Below, piece by piece: positions 52,886 to 62,111 of a stretch of 64,000 bases of DNA. The stretch comes from Bacteroidota bacterium (GTDB taxonomy: Bacteria; Bacteroidota; Bacteroidia; M30B66): contig JAIXUS010000008.1 of the NCBI GenBank assembly GCA_027483445.1, positions 60,487-124,486 of the forward strand, written 5' to 3'. Position 1 is the stretch's first letter. Each line of letters begins with the position of its first letter. The notes under the pieces were generated by a model, which was not told the DNA's origin, searched no databases, and saw only the letters and a list, made by a program, of their open reading frames with translations. A program made the translations under genes and the position numbers.

Positions 52886-55800
52886 ATGGCTTTGCGCAAA
52901 GACGTAAAACTGAAAAGCAACTTCAAGAAAATCATCGTATCGCTGGCTTCTCCGGAAGATATTCTGGACCAGAGTCATGGTGAAGTATTGAAACCGGAAA
53001 CCATAAACTACCGAACCTACAAGCCTGAAATGGGCGGTTTGTTCTGCGAGCGGATTTTCGGTCCAGTTAAAGATTATGAATGCCACTGCGGCAAATACAA
53101 ACGAATCCGTTACAAGGGAATTATCTGCGACCGATGTGGTGTGGAGGTTACCGAGAAAAAGGTTCGTCGTGAGCGCATGGGCCACATTCAACTTGTGGTT
53201 CCGGTTGCCCACATTTGGTTTTTCCGTTCACTTCCCAATAAAATCGGTTACTTACTTGGCTTGCCTACCAAAAAACTCGATGCGATCATTTACTATGAGC
53301 GCTACGTGGTAATCCAGTCCGGTCAGGCCGGAGAGAATGGAGTGAGCGATATGGACTTCCTCACTGAAGAGGAGTACCTTCAAACACTGGAAAACCTGCC
53401 AAAGGAAAACCAGTATCTCGACGACAGCGATCCAAACAAATTTATCGCGCGCATGGGGGCGGATGCTCTTTACATGTTGCTCTCTCGTTTGAATCTTGAG
53501 GAGTTGTCGTACGACCTTCGTCACAAAGCAAACAATGAAACTTCTCAGCAACGGAAAAACGAGGCTTTGAAGCGTTTGCAGGTGGTTGAAGCCTTCCGCA
53601 TGGCCAATGAGAACAACTTTATTAATCGTCCGGAATGGATGATTTTAAAGGTGATTCCGGTTATTCCACCAGAATTGCGTCCGCTTGTTCCTCTGGATGG
53701 TGGTCGTTTCGCCACCTCCGACTTGAACGATTTATACCGTCGTGTGATCATTCGGAACAACCGTCTTAAGCGATTGATCGAAATTAAAGCTCCCGAAGTG
53801 ATTTTGCGCAACGAAAAGCGTATGCTTCAGGAAGCGGTAGACTCGTTGCTCGATAACAGCCGTAAGTCTAACGCGGTGAAAACAGAATCGAACCGTGCGC
53901 TGAAATCACTCTCTGATTCACTCAAAGGTAAGCAAGGTCGTTTCCGTCAAAACCTCCTTGGTAAGCGTGTCGATTACTCCGCTCGTTCGGTAATTGTTGT
54001 TGGTCCTGAACTCAAACTTCACGAGTGTGGTTTGCCAAAGGATATGGCAGCTGAGCTCTTCAAGCCGTTTATCATCCGTAAGATGATTGAGCGTGGAGTT
54101 GTGAAAACTGTAAAGTCGGCCAAGAAAATCGTCGACAAGAAAGAGCCAATTGTTTGGGATATCCTTGAAAACATCCTTAAAGGGCACCCTGTACTACTGA
54201 ACCGTGCCCCAACGCTCCACCGTTTGGGTATTCAGTCGTTCCAACCTAAACTTATCGAAGGTAAAGCTATCCAGCTCCACCCACTCGTATGTACCGCATT
54301 CAACGCCGACTTCGACGGTGACCAGATGGCTGTTCACGTTCCTCTTGGAAACGCGGCTATTCTTGAAGCTCAGTTATTGATGCTGGCCTCACACAATATC
54401 CTGAACCCGGCCAACGGTGCGCCAATTACCGTTCCTTCACAGGACATGGTTTTGGGACTTTATTACATGACCAAAGGGCGTAGAACGGATGAAACCCGCG
54501 TGGTGAAGGGCGAAGGCATGAGCTTCTATTCTCCGGAAGAAGTCATCATTGCCTACAATGAAAAGCGCGTAGACCTGCATGCCTGGATTAAGGTGAAAAC
54601 CAATGTGAAGGAAGGCGATCTGCTGCAATACAAAATGATCGAGACTACTGTTGGTCGCGTGTTGTTCAACCAGGTTGTTCCTGCGAAAGTGGGGTACATC
54701 AATGAGTTGCTCACCAAGAAATCACTGCGCGACATCATCGGTAACATCGTGAAAGAAACCGGAATGGCAACTACTGCCAAGTTCCTCGATGACATCAAGG
54801 AGCTCGGATTTATGATGGCCTTCCGTGGTGGTCTATCCTTCAACCTGGGCGACGTAATCGTTCCGGCCGACAAGGAGAAGATGATCGAAGATGCCAACCG
54901 TCAGGTGGAAGAGGTTTTGGCCAACTACAGCATGGGATTCATCACCAACAACGAGCGTTACAACCAGATTATCGATATCTGGACGCACACTAACTCTCGC
55001 TTGACTCAGCGTTTGATGAACCAACTGGTAAATGACAACCAAGGCTTCAACCCAATTTACATGATGCTCGATTCAGGGGCACGTGGATCGAAAGAGCAGA
55101 TTCGTCAGCTTTCCGGTATGCGTGGTCTGATGGCCAAGCCGCAAAAATCCGGAGCTTCGGGTGGGGAAATTATCGAGAACCCGATTCTTTCAAACTTCAA
55201 GGAAGGCCTTTCGATTCTTGAGTACTTCATTTCTACGCACGGTGCCCGTAAGGGTCTTGCCGATACGGCTCTTAAAACGGCTGATGCCGGTTACCTGACC
55301 CGTCGTTTGGTGGATGTGTCGCAAGACGTGATTATCAGCGAGGAAGACTGCGGAACCCTGCGTGGTTTAACTGCTACAGCGCTTAAGAATAATGAAGAAA
55401 TTGTGGAAAGCCTCTACGACCGCATTCTGGGTCGTACCTCTCTCCACGATGTGATTTCACCAACTACAGGCGAGTTGCTTGCTCAGAGTGGTGAACAAAT
55501 TAACGAAGACATCGCCCGTAAAATTGAAGCTGCCGGTATCGAAAGCGTCGAAATCCGCTCGGTACTCACGTGCGAATCTGAGCAAGGCGTTTGTACCAAG
55601 TGTTATGGACGTAACCTCGCTTCGGGACGAATGGTTCAAAAAGGTGAAGCTGTGGGTGTTATTGCTGCACAGTCGATCGGAGAACCGGGTACTCAGCTTA
55701 CGCTGCGTACATTCCACGTAGGTGGTACGGCTTCTAACATTGCTGCTTCTTCGAAGATTGAGGCTAAGTATGATGGTCTTCTCGAAATTGATGAGTTGCG

Positions 55801-57187
55801 TACTGTAACCAAGCAAGACGATAATGGTAAAGACGTTGAAATCGTAATTGGCCGCTCGGCTGAGATGCGTATCATCGACCGCAATACCATGATGGTGCTT
55901 ACTACCGGTAACATTCCTTATGGTGCAACGATGTATATCGCCAATGGCAGCGACGTGAAAAAGGGCGACCTGATTTGCGACTGGGATCCATACAACGCGG
56001 TAATCATTTCGGAAACTGCAGGTCGTATTGCTTTTGAAGATCTCGAAGATGGTATTACTTACCGTGAAGAGAGCGACGAACAGACCGGATTTGCTGAGAA
56101 AGTGATTATCGAACGACGCGATAAAACCCGTAACCCGGTAATTAAGATCATGGATCCTTCTAACGAAGTGATGCGTTCTTATTCATTACCGGTTGGCGCA
56201 CATATCGTGGTAAATGATGGTCAGGATGTGAGTACAGGTGAGATTTTGGTGAAGATTCCACGTCAGACAGGAAAGCTTGGTGACATCACCGGCGGTCTTC
56301 CTCGTGTTACAGAACTCTTTGAAGCGCGTAACCCATCGAATCCAGCCGTTGTTTCGGAAATTGATGGTATCGTAAGCTTTGGTAAAGTGAAGCGCGGTAA
56401 CCGTGAGATTATCATTGAAAGCAAAACCGGAGAACAAAAGAAATATCTTGTTTCATTGAGCAAGCACATTCTTGTTCAAGAGAACGACTTCGTGAAGGCT
56501 GGACAACCGCTTTCAGATGGTGCTACAACTCCAAGTGATATTCTATCCATCAAAGGACCAACGAAAGTTCAGGAATACCTTGTGAATGAGATTCAGGAAG
56601 TTTACCGTCTCCAGGGCGTGAAGATCAACGACAAGCACTTTGAGGTGATTGTTCGTCAGATGATGCGCAAGGTGGAGATTGAAGATCCGGGTGATACTAA
56701 ATTCCTCGAGGGTCAAACGGTTAACCGACTGGAATTCAAGGAAGAGAATGACTTTATCTTCGACAAGAAGGTTGTTATTGAGCCAGGTGATTCAACCACG
56801 TTGAAGGCTGGTCAAATCATTACTGCCCGTAAGCTTCGTGATGAGAACTCGATGTTGAAGCGCAAGGACATGAAACTTGTTGAGGCCCGCGATGCTGTAC
56901 CCGCGACAGGTACTCAGGTGCTTCAAGGGATTACCCGCGCCTCTCTGCAAACCAAGTCGTTTATCTCAGCAGCATCGTTCCAAGAGACTACCAAGGTACT
57001 CAACGAGGCTGCAATCTCAGCGAAGGCCGACGAGCTTCTTGGTTTGAAGGAAAACGTAATTGTGGGTCACTTGATTCCAGCAGGTACAGGTTTGAGAGAG
57101 TACGAAAACATTATCGTAGGTTCTCAAGACGAATTTGCTGCGCTGATGGCATCCAAGAAGAAAATGAAAGAAGAAAGTCTCTCCTAA
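52886..57187 (+). CDS. rpoC: DNA-directed RNA polymerase subunit beta'
   Basis: The zinc-finger '[20 protein letters not shown]' and the 'NADFDGDQM' catalytic triad are present. The ATG is verified at 52886. Confidence 0.97.
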   Translation: MALRKDVKLKSNFKKIIVSLASPEDILDQSHGEVLKPETINYRTYKPEMGGLFCERIFGPVKDYECHCGKYKRIRYKGIICDRCGVEVTEKKVRRERMGHIQLVVPVAHIWFFRSLPNKIGYLLGLPTKKLDAIIYYERYVVIQSGQAGENGVSDMDFLTEEEYLQTLENLPKENQYLDDSDPNKFIARMGADALYMLLSRLNLEELSYDLRHKANNETSQQRKNEALKRLQVVEAFRMANENNFINRPEWMILKVIPVIPPELRPLVPLDGGRFATSDLNDLYRRVIIRNNRLKRLIEIKAPEVILRNEKRMLQEAVDSLLDNSRKSNAVKTESNRALKSLSDSLKGKQGRFRQNLLGKRVDYSARSVIVVGPELKLHECGLPKDMAAELFKPFIIRKMIERGVVKTVKSAKKIVDKKEPIVWDILENILKGHPVLLNRAPTLHRLGIQSFQPKLIEGKAIQLHPLVCTAFNADFDGDQMAVHVPLGNAAILEAQLLMLASHNILNPANGAPITVPSQDMVLGLYYMTKGRRTDETRVVKGEGMSFYSPEEVIIAYNEKRVDLHAWIKVKTNVKEGDLLQYKMIETTVGRVLFNQVVPAKVGYINELLTKKSLRDIIGNIVKETGMATTAKFLDDIKELGFMMAFRGGLSFNLGDVIVPADKEKMIEDANRQVEEVLANYSMGFITNNERYNQIIDIWTHTNSRLTQRLMNQLVNDNQGFNPIYMMLDSGARGSKEQIRQLSGMRGLMAKPQKSGASGGEIIENPILSNFKEGLSILEYFISTHGARKGLADTALKTADAGYLTRRLVDVSQDVIISEEDCGTLRGLTATALKNNEEIVESLYDRILGRTSLHDVISPTTGELLAQSGEQINEDIARKIEAAGIESVEIRSVLTCESEQGVCTKCYGRNLASGRMVQKGEAVGVIAAQSIGEPGTQLTLRTFHVGGTASNIAASSKIEAKYDGLLEIDELRTVTKQDDNGKDVEIVIGRSAEMRIIDRNTMMVLTTGNIPYGATMYIANGSDVKKGDLICDWDPYNAVIISETAGRIAFEDLEDGITYREESDEQTGFAEKVIIERRDKTRNPVIKIMDPSNEVMRSYSLPVGAHIVVNDGQDVSTGEILVKIPRQTGKLGDITGGLPRVTELFEARNPSNPAVVSEIDGIVSFGKVKRGNREIIIESKTGEQKKYLVSLSKHILVQENDFVKAGQPLSDGATTPSDILSIKGPTKVQEYLVNEIQEVYRLQGVKINDKHFEVIVRQMMRKVEIEDPGDTKFLEGQTVNRLEFKEENDFIFDKKVVIEPGDSTTLKAGQIITARKLRDENSMLKRKDMKLVEARDAVPATGTQVLQGITRASLQTKSFISAASFQETTKVLNEAAISAKADELLGLKENVIVGHLIPAGTGLREYENIIVGSQDEFAALMASKKKMKEESLS

Positions 57188-57199
57188 GCAACGCACTAT

Positions 57200-57517
57200 A
57201 TGAACGAAGAACAACAGCCCGAAGGGCAACTGAATATTGAGCTCAGCGAGGAGATTGCTGAGGGGATTTATTCCAACTTAGCCATCATCACACACTCTAA
57301 TTCGGAGTTTGTGCTCGACTTTATCAAAGTGATGCCAGGAGTTCCAAAAGCGAAGGTAAAGTCACGGGTGTTGCTAACTCCTCAGCATGCCAAGCGTTTG
57401 CTAGCAGCCTTGAAAGACAACGTTGCCAAATTTGAGGCATCACATGGTCCGATTAAGGTTGATGGACAAACAGCAGCCTTTCCGATGAATTTCGGCGGAC
57501 CTGCAGCTCAGGCTTAG
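57200..57517 (+). CDS. DUF3467-family small protein, conserved downstream of rpoC in Bacteroidota
   Basis: The 105-aa product, 'LNIELSEEIAEGIYSNLAIITHSNSEFVLDF', matches the DUF3467 family. It starts 12 nt after the rpoC stop. Confidence 0.7.
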   Translation: MNEEQQPEGQLNIELSEEIAEGIYSNLAIITHSNSEFVLDFIKVMPGVPKAKVKSRVLLTPQHAKRLLAALKDNVAKFEASHGPIKVDGQTAAFPMNFGGPAAQA

Positions 57518-57535
57518 TTATTTCCATTTACTTTC

Positions 57536-57578
57536 AAAGCGGCTGTATCGATAAACGGTACAGCCGCTTTTGTTTTGT
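57536..57578 (+). terminator. Rho-independent terminator of the rpoBC-DUF3467 operon
   Basis: The stem agcggctgta-[11 nt]-tacagccgct is followed by ttttgttttg. Confidence 0.75.
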
Positions 57579-57811
57579 GTGGGATAAGTGCTGGAATTGG
57601 AGGGTTCTCGAAGTCAAAATATTCCTCATGCGATTCCAGCTCCGATTGGATGGTAAGCTAATTTCATTGAATGATAGATTTAACCGCGTTTTTCGTTTCC
57701 TTCCTGCGGGACCTCTGCTCTTTTCCGGTGGATTAGGATTGTTTTACTGTTTTCCAGTACACAGTTACGAGCAGTAAACCCTCAGAAACGTTCGGCATTC
57801 AGCGAATTTTT

Positions 57812-57989
57812 GCGCCAGCGGGTGAAGCGGATACCCCGGAAAACAGAGTGAGTGTGGGAGTGAGAGAGAAGAGCGTGTGTAAGTGAGCGTGAGGCGGGGG
57901 AGAGCTCTGTTTGAGGAGTATGAGCGAAACACGCGGTGCCCGCCGATGAAGCTGAGGCTTAGAGTAAAACTAAAATAGGGCAGGCGCCC
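57812..57989. repeat. Conserved inverted-repeat-bounded element, copy B (candidate structured ncRNA or miniature repeat)
   Basis: It shares the conserved core with copy A at 1554-1702. It has a longer purine-rich insert 1 and a different insert 2. It is flanked by the same ttttt / cccaaaa context. Confidence 0.8.
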
Positions 57990-58032
57990 AAAAAAGAAAA
58001 AATACCCTGAATAAATGGGGCTTTATAATCGA

Positions 58033-60978
58033 CTATAATAGGTCGTAAATGGCTTCCTGAATTTCGACGCGGGTTGCCAATGTATTTATTTTTTTATTTT
58101 CTGCGTCGGGATAAACACGGTTACTGAGGAATACATATATAAGTTTTTTATCAGGATCGGCCCAGGCGATGGTGCCTGTAAAGCCCGTGTGGCCGAAACT
58201 TAAGGAAGAAACGCACTTGCAGGTTGGTCCTGTTTTTCCGTAATTCATTTCGGGTTTATCAAAGCCTAAACCACGCCGATTATCGTTTTCACAAAATTGA
58301 CAACGGGTAAATTCTTTAATTACATTTTCACTTAAATAACGGTCGCCACCGTAGGTGCCATAATTTAAAATCATCTGCATTAATGCGGCTAAATCTGTGG
58401 CATTAGAGAATAATCCTGCATGACCAGCAACTCCGCCCATCATTGCAGCACCTTGATCGTGCACATAGCCATGCACCAATTGTTTCCGGAATAATTTATC
58501 ATTTTCGGTTGGAACAATTTCTTCTTGATTGAAGCGACGAAGCGGATTGTAGGTAATTCTTGATAATCCCATTTTTCGATAAAATGTTTGAGCTGTATAT
58601 TCATCAAGTCCCATATTTTCGCGCTTTTCAATAATATGCTTGAAGAAATAATACCCTAAATCGGAATATTTATATTCAGGATTTTTACGATTACTAAGCT
58701 CACAAGCCGCAATACGCATCAAAATGGTGTCGGGGTAATCGAATCGCATAAACATTTTATCGGCCACCTGATGAGGAAAACTGTCAGAAGCCGCATTTCG
58801 ATAATATTTATTTCTGCGTTCTGCGGTATTGATTGTGCTATTGTAAAATGGAATCCATGCGGGTAATCCGGCCTGATGAGCAAGCACATCGCGCAACCTT
58901 AATTGCCCTTTGTTAGTGACTTTCAGCGCTGGAATATATTCTCCAATGGTTTTATCTACGTCAATAAATCCTTCATCAACCTGACGCATAATTGATATGG
59001 TTGAAGCAGCCACTTTAGTTATAGACGCAATGTCGTACAAGTCTGTAATTTCCACAGGTCGAACCGGTGCGTATGTATGGAATCCAAAAGCCTTGTTGTA
59101 AAAGACTTTTCCATCTTTTGCAATGAGCAATTGGCAGCCGGGCGTTGCTTTTGCATTGATGGCTACTTTGGCCAACGAATCAACCTTCGAGAGCGAACGA
59201 CTCGCAATGCCTAATTCTTCGGGCTGGGTGAATTTCAGCCGAATCACTTCGCTGAGCTCAAGCCCTTGTCCGGCCTTGTATTTACCTACAGAAACCGGCA
59301 TCATTCCATTGGCTTTTATACCGCCAAAAATAAGCTGGGCCGACAAATCCTGACTGTTTTTATTGTCTTCAAAAGCTTCAATTAATCCATGAGGTTTATG
59401 CGTCAGTTTTTCGAGCGAATAGGGATTGGCCAACACATTTACAATCACTTTCGATTGTTTTAGAACCCCACCAATAAAGGTATTCACGGCTGCATTTACG
59501 CCGGCCGATTTATTCATGGTGTTTTTGGGATTATGCACACTAATAATCACCAAATTATAAGGTTTAAGCTTTTGCAGCAATTCAGCCTGGCGTGCAGAAA
59601 GTTCATCTTTATCGACCGCAAAACCTTTCACCTGCGTGTAAAGGTTCAAGGTTTTTAGAAATACATTTCCTTCTTTTCCGTCGATCGCCACCGAAGCAAT
59701 ACGCAGCGTGTCGAGTCGCTTGAGCGGCATAAGATTTCGGTCGTTTTCCAGCACGCAAAGTGAGGCTTCTGTGAGCTTTCTCCTGAGCATTTCACTTTCG
59801 GCCGTGTTCAGATCTTCATGCAAATTCTTTATTTCTACTTTCCTCGATTTATGGGCTCCTAACCAATGTTTTGCATGCAGAATTTTCCGGCAACGGCGGT
59901 CTATTTCTTCCTGTGTAATTTCTCCGGACTGTATTGCTTTTTTAATTTCTGCCATTCCAGCCGTTACACTTTGAGTGAACAGCAATACATCGTTTCCGGC
60001 CAGCAAAGCGCGTACATCAGCCTTTCCGGGCCCATTAGAAGAGGCTACACCTTGCATATTCAGCGCATCGGTAAAAATGAGACCTTTGAAACCCATTTCC
60101 TTTTGTAAAAGCTCTGTAATGATGGCTTTTGAAAGAGTTGATGGCTTTGCAGCACTGCTGTCGAGGGCCGGAACAAAAAGGTGTGCAACCATCATTGAGC
60201 CCAAGCCACGTTCAATGAGATTACGGAAAGGCCATAGCTCAACAGAATCGAGTCGGGCGCGATTGTGGGCAATCACAGGTAAGGCTTTATGAGAGTCGGT
60301 ATCTGTGTCGCCGTGTCCAGGAAAATGTTTCGCATTGGCCAGCACATTGCCATCTTGCAAGCCCTGCATGTATGCCAGCGCCTTATTGAGTACGTTCTGC
60401 TTAAGTTCGCCAAATGAACGCATGTTAATAACAGGGTTGGCAGCATTGTTATTCACATCGGCTACCGGGGCAAAGTTCACGTGAATGCCCAATCGACGGC
60501 ATTGGCGCGCAATTTCTCGTCCCATTTCGTACACCAGCTTTTCGTCGCGGATTGCACCAAGGGTCATCTGTTTAGGAAACGACTGGGTTGAATCAAGTCG
60601 CATGGAAAGGCCCCATTCACCATCGATGGAAATCATTAGCGGTACCTTGGCCAATTTCTGGTATTTGTTGGTGAGGATGGCTTCACGAACAGGTCCGCCC
60701 TGCATAAAAATTAATCCACCGATTCCCTTTTTCTCAACCAGATTGCTGATTTCCTGCTCATGAGCTTTGTCTTTGTTGGAGTACGCAGCGACCATGAAAA
60801 GTTGGGCAATTCGCTCATCGGGACTTAGGTTTTTCATCACCGAATCAACCCATGCCTGTCCGCTGTTGAGATATGGAGGATCGGTTTGGTTTGCCGATTT
60901 TTGCGGCAAATTGAGGTTCGACATGAGCCAAAGTCCTGATCCAGCAAGCATTACGGTAAGAAAGAGGGTTTTCTTCAT
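58033..60978 (-). CDS. Glycoside hydrolase family 3 (NagZ-like beta-N-acetylglucosaminidase) fused to a serine beta-lactamase/PBP-like domain
   Basis: The N-terminal 'KHFPGHGDTDTDSH' and 'FTDALNM' are GH3 motifs. The C-terminal 'ASITKV' SxxK and 'HTGFTG' (KTG-like) motifs mark a beta-lactamase-class domain. The ATG is verified at 60978-60976. Confidence 0.8.
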   Translation of the reverse strand: MKKTLFLTVMLAGSGLWLMSNLNLPQKSANQTDPPYLNSGQAWVDSVMKNLSPDERIAQLFMVAAYSNKDKAHEQEISNLVEKKGIGGLIFMQGGPVREAILTNKYQKLAKVPLMISIDGEWGLSMRLDSTQSFPKQMTLGAIRDEKLVYEMGREIARQCRRLGIHVNFAPVADVNNNAANPVINMRSFGELKQNVLNKALAYMQGLQDGNVLANAKHFPGHGDTDTDSHKALPVIAHNRARLDSVELWPFRNLIERGLGSMMVAHLFVPALDSSAAKPSTLSKAIITELLQKEMGFKGLIFTDALNMQGVASSNGPGKADVRALLAGNDVLLFTQSVTAGMAEIKKAIQSGEITQEEIDRRCRKILHAKHWLGAHKSRKVEIKNLHEDLNTAESEMLRRKLTEASLCVLENDRNLMPLKRLDTLRIASVAIDGKEGNVFLKTLNLYTQVKGFAVDKDELSARQAELLQKLKPYNLVIISVHNPKNTMNKSAGVNAAVNTFIGGVLKQSKVIVNVLANPYSLEKLTHKPHGLIEAFEDNKNSQDLSAQLIFGGIKANGMMPVSVGKYKAGQGLELSEVIRLKFTQPEELGIASRSLSKVDSLAKVAINAKATPGCQLLIAKDGKVFYNKAFGFHTYAPVRPVEITDLYDIASITKVAASTISIMRQVDEGFIDVDKTIGEYIPALKVTNKGQLRLRDVLAHQAGLPAWIPFYNSTINTAERRNKYYRNAASDSFPHQVADKMFMRFDYPDTILMRIAACELSNRKNPEYKYSDLGYYFFKHIIEKRENMGLDEYTAQTFYRKMGLSRITYNPLRRFNQEEIVPTENDKLFRKQLVHGYVHDQGAAMMGGVAGHAGLFSNATDLAALMQMILNYGTYGGDRYLSENVIKEFTRCQFCENDNRRGLGFDKPEMNYGKTGPTCKCVSSLSFGHTGFTGTIAWADPDKKLIYVFLSNRVYPDAENKKINTLATRVEIQEAIYDLL

Positions 60979-61032
60979 AGCACGGTTCAAATTCTTTACA
61001 AAATAACGCTGCAAACAAGGAGGGCATTTCCG

Positions 61033-61470
61033 ATGTTTGAAGGAGTAATCAACAATAACAGGTTAACGAAAATGGAGGCGAATCGGATATCCGAATCCAG
61101 TCAGGACAACTGGGTGTTTTTCGATGGTGGATGTGCCATGTGTAGCGGTTCTGTTCGTTTCGTGAAAAAGCATTTGGCCAGCCCTGTTTTTCGTTTTGAG
61201 GCCTTGGATTCCAACTTTACGCGGGAGTTTTTAGATGCTCATCCTTTTCCGGGAACCGTCCCGGATGCGATTTTAGTCTATTCCAACGGATCTTGGTCTG
61301 AAGGTCCGGAGGCCTTATTTGTTATTGTACGCAAGATGCGTTGGTATTTTCGATGGCTTGGCGTGTTTCGATTCACTCCTCGGTTTATGCAAACGGGCCT
61401 TTATCGATTTATTGCACGCAACCGCATTCGTTGGTTTGGAAAATCGAATATAAGTTGTGCTCATGAGTAA
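61033..61470 (+). CDS. Thiol-disulfide oxidoreductase, DCC family (DUF393)
   Basis: It has the 'FFDGGCAMCSG' DCC motif. Confidence 0.75.
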   Translation: MFEGVINNNRLTKMEANRISESSQDNWVFFDGGCAMCSGSVRFVKKHLASPVFRFEALDSNFTREFLDAHPFPGTVPDAILVYSNGSWSEGPEALFVIVRKMRWYFRWLGVFRFTPRFMQTGLYRFIARNRIRWFGKSNISCAHE

Positions 61471-62044
61471 GGATGCGCTTTTTGCTTTGCGCCATTATTT
61501 AGGTTTTTTTGGTCGGCTTGAAGAAGAAGAGTGGAATGCGCTCGTAGAGCAGCTTCAACCGTTTTCATACCCGGCAAATACGCATTTGGTTCGCCAGGGC
61601 GACGAAACGGTGCGGCTTTATTTTTTGCTTCAGGGTTATGCCCGGCATTATTTTTTAGATGCAGAGGGCGAGGAAATCAGCAATTGGTTTAATATTCCGG
61701 GCAGCATGGCCACCGACTATGAGGCCTACACTACCGGAAATGTGTGCACGTACTCGATTGTATCGCTCACTGAGGTACAGGGCTTTTGGATCGACCGCCA
61801 AACGCTGCTTTCGTTGTATGATCGGTATAAAAACTGGGAGCATATTGGTCGGATGATGAATCAGATGTATCTCATCTCGCTGATGCGTCGAAACCAGCGG
61901 CTTTACAGCCAAACAGCGGCCGAGCGCTATGCTCATTTTTTAAAAACGCAGCCCGGAATCTTTCAGGTAGCCAAGCTGAAACATATTGCCTCCTATCTTG
62001 GAATTACCCTTGAAACGCTGAGTCGATTGCGGGCAAAACGTTGA
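61457..62044 (+). CDS. Crp/Fnr-family transcriptional regulator (cNMP-binding domain plus C-terminal HTH)
   Basis: It has a beta-roll region and a C-terminal 'IASYLGITLETLSRLR' HTH. Confidence 0.8.
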   Translation: MLMSKDALFALRHYLGFFGRLEEEEWNALVEQLQPFSYPANTHLVRQGDETVRLYFLLQGYARHYFLDAEGEEISNWFNIPGSMATDYEAYTTGNVCTYSIVSLTEVQGFWIDRQTLLSLYDRYKNWEHIGRMMNQMYLISLMRRNQRLYSQTAAERYAHFLKTQPGIFQVAKLKHIASYLGITLETLSRLRAKR

Positions 62045-62111
62045 TTTTTTGATGTACATCAAATTAGTATGTGGGGATGACCTCACACTTTTGCAGAAAA
62101 CTCTCCGGTAA

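Noticed and set aside
49093-56469. Short ORFs on both strands within rpoB and rpoC
   Set aside because: They lie inside highly conserved RNA polymerase coding sequence and are frame shadows.
57577-57777. 66-aa ORF between the rpoC-operon terminator and copy B of the element
   Set aside because: It starts inside or just after a strong terminator, has no motif, and is probably non-coding spacer.
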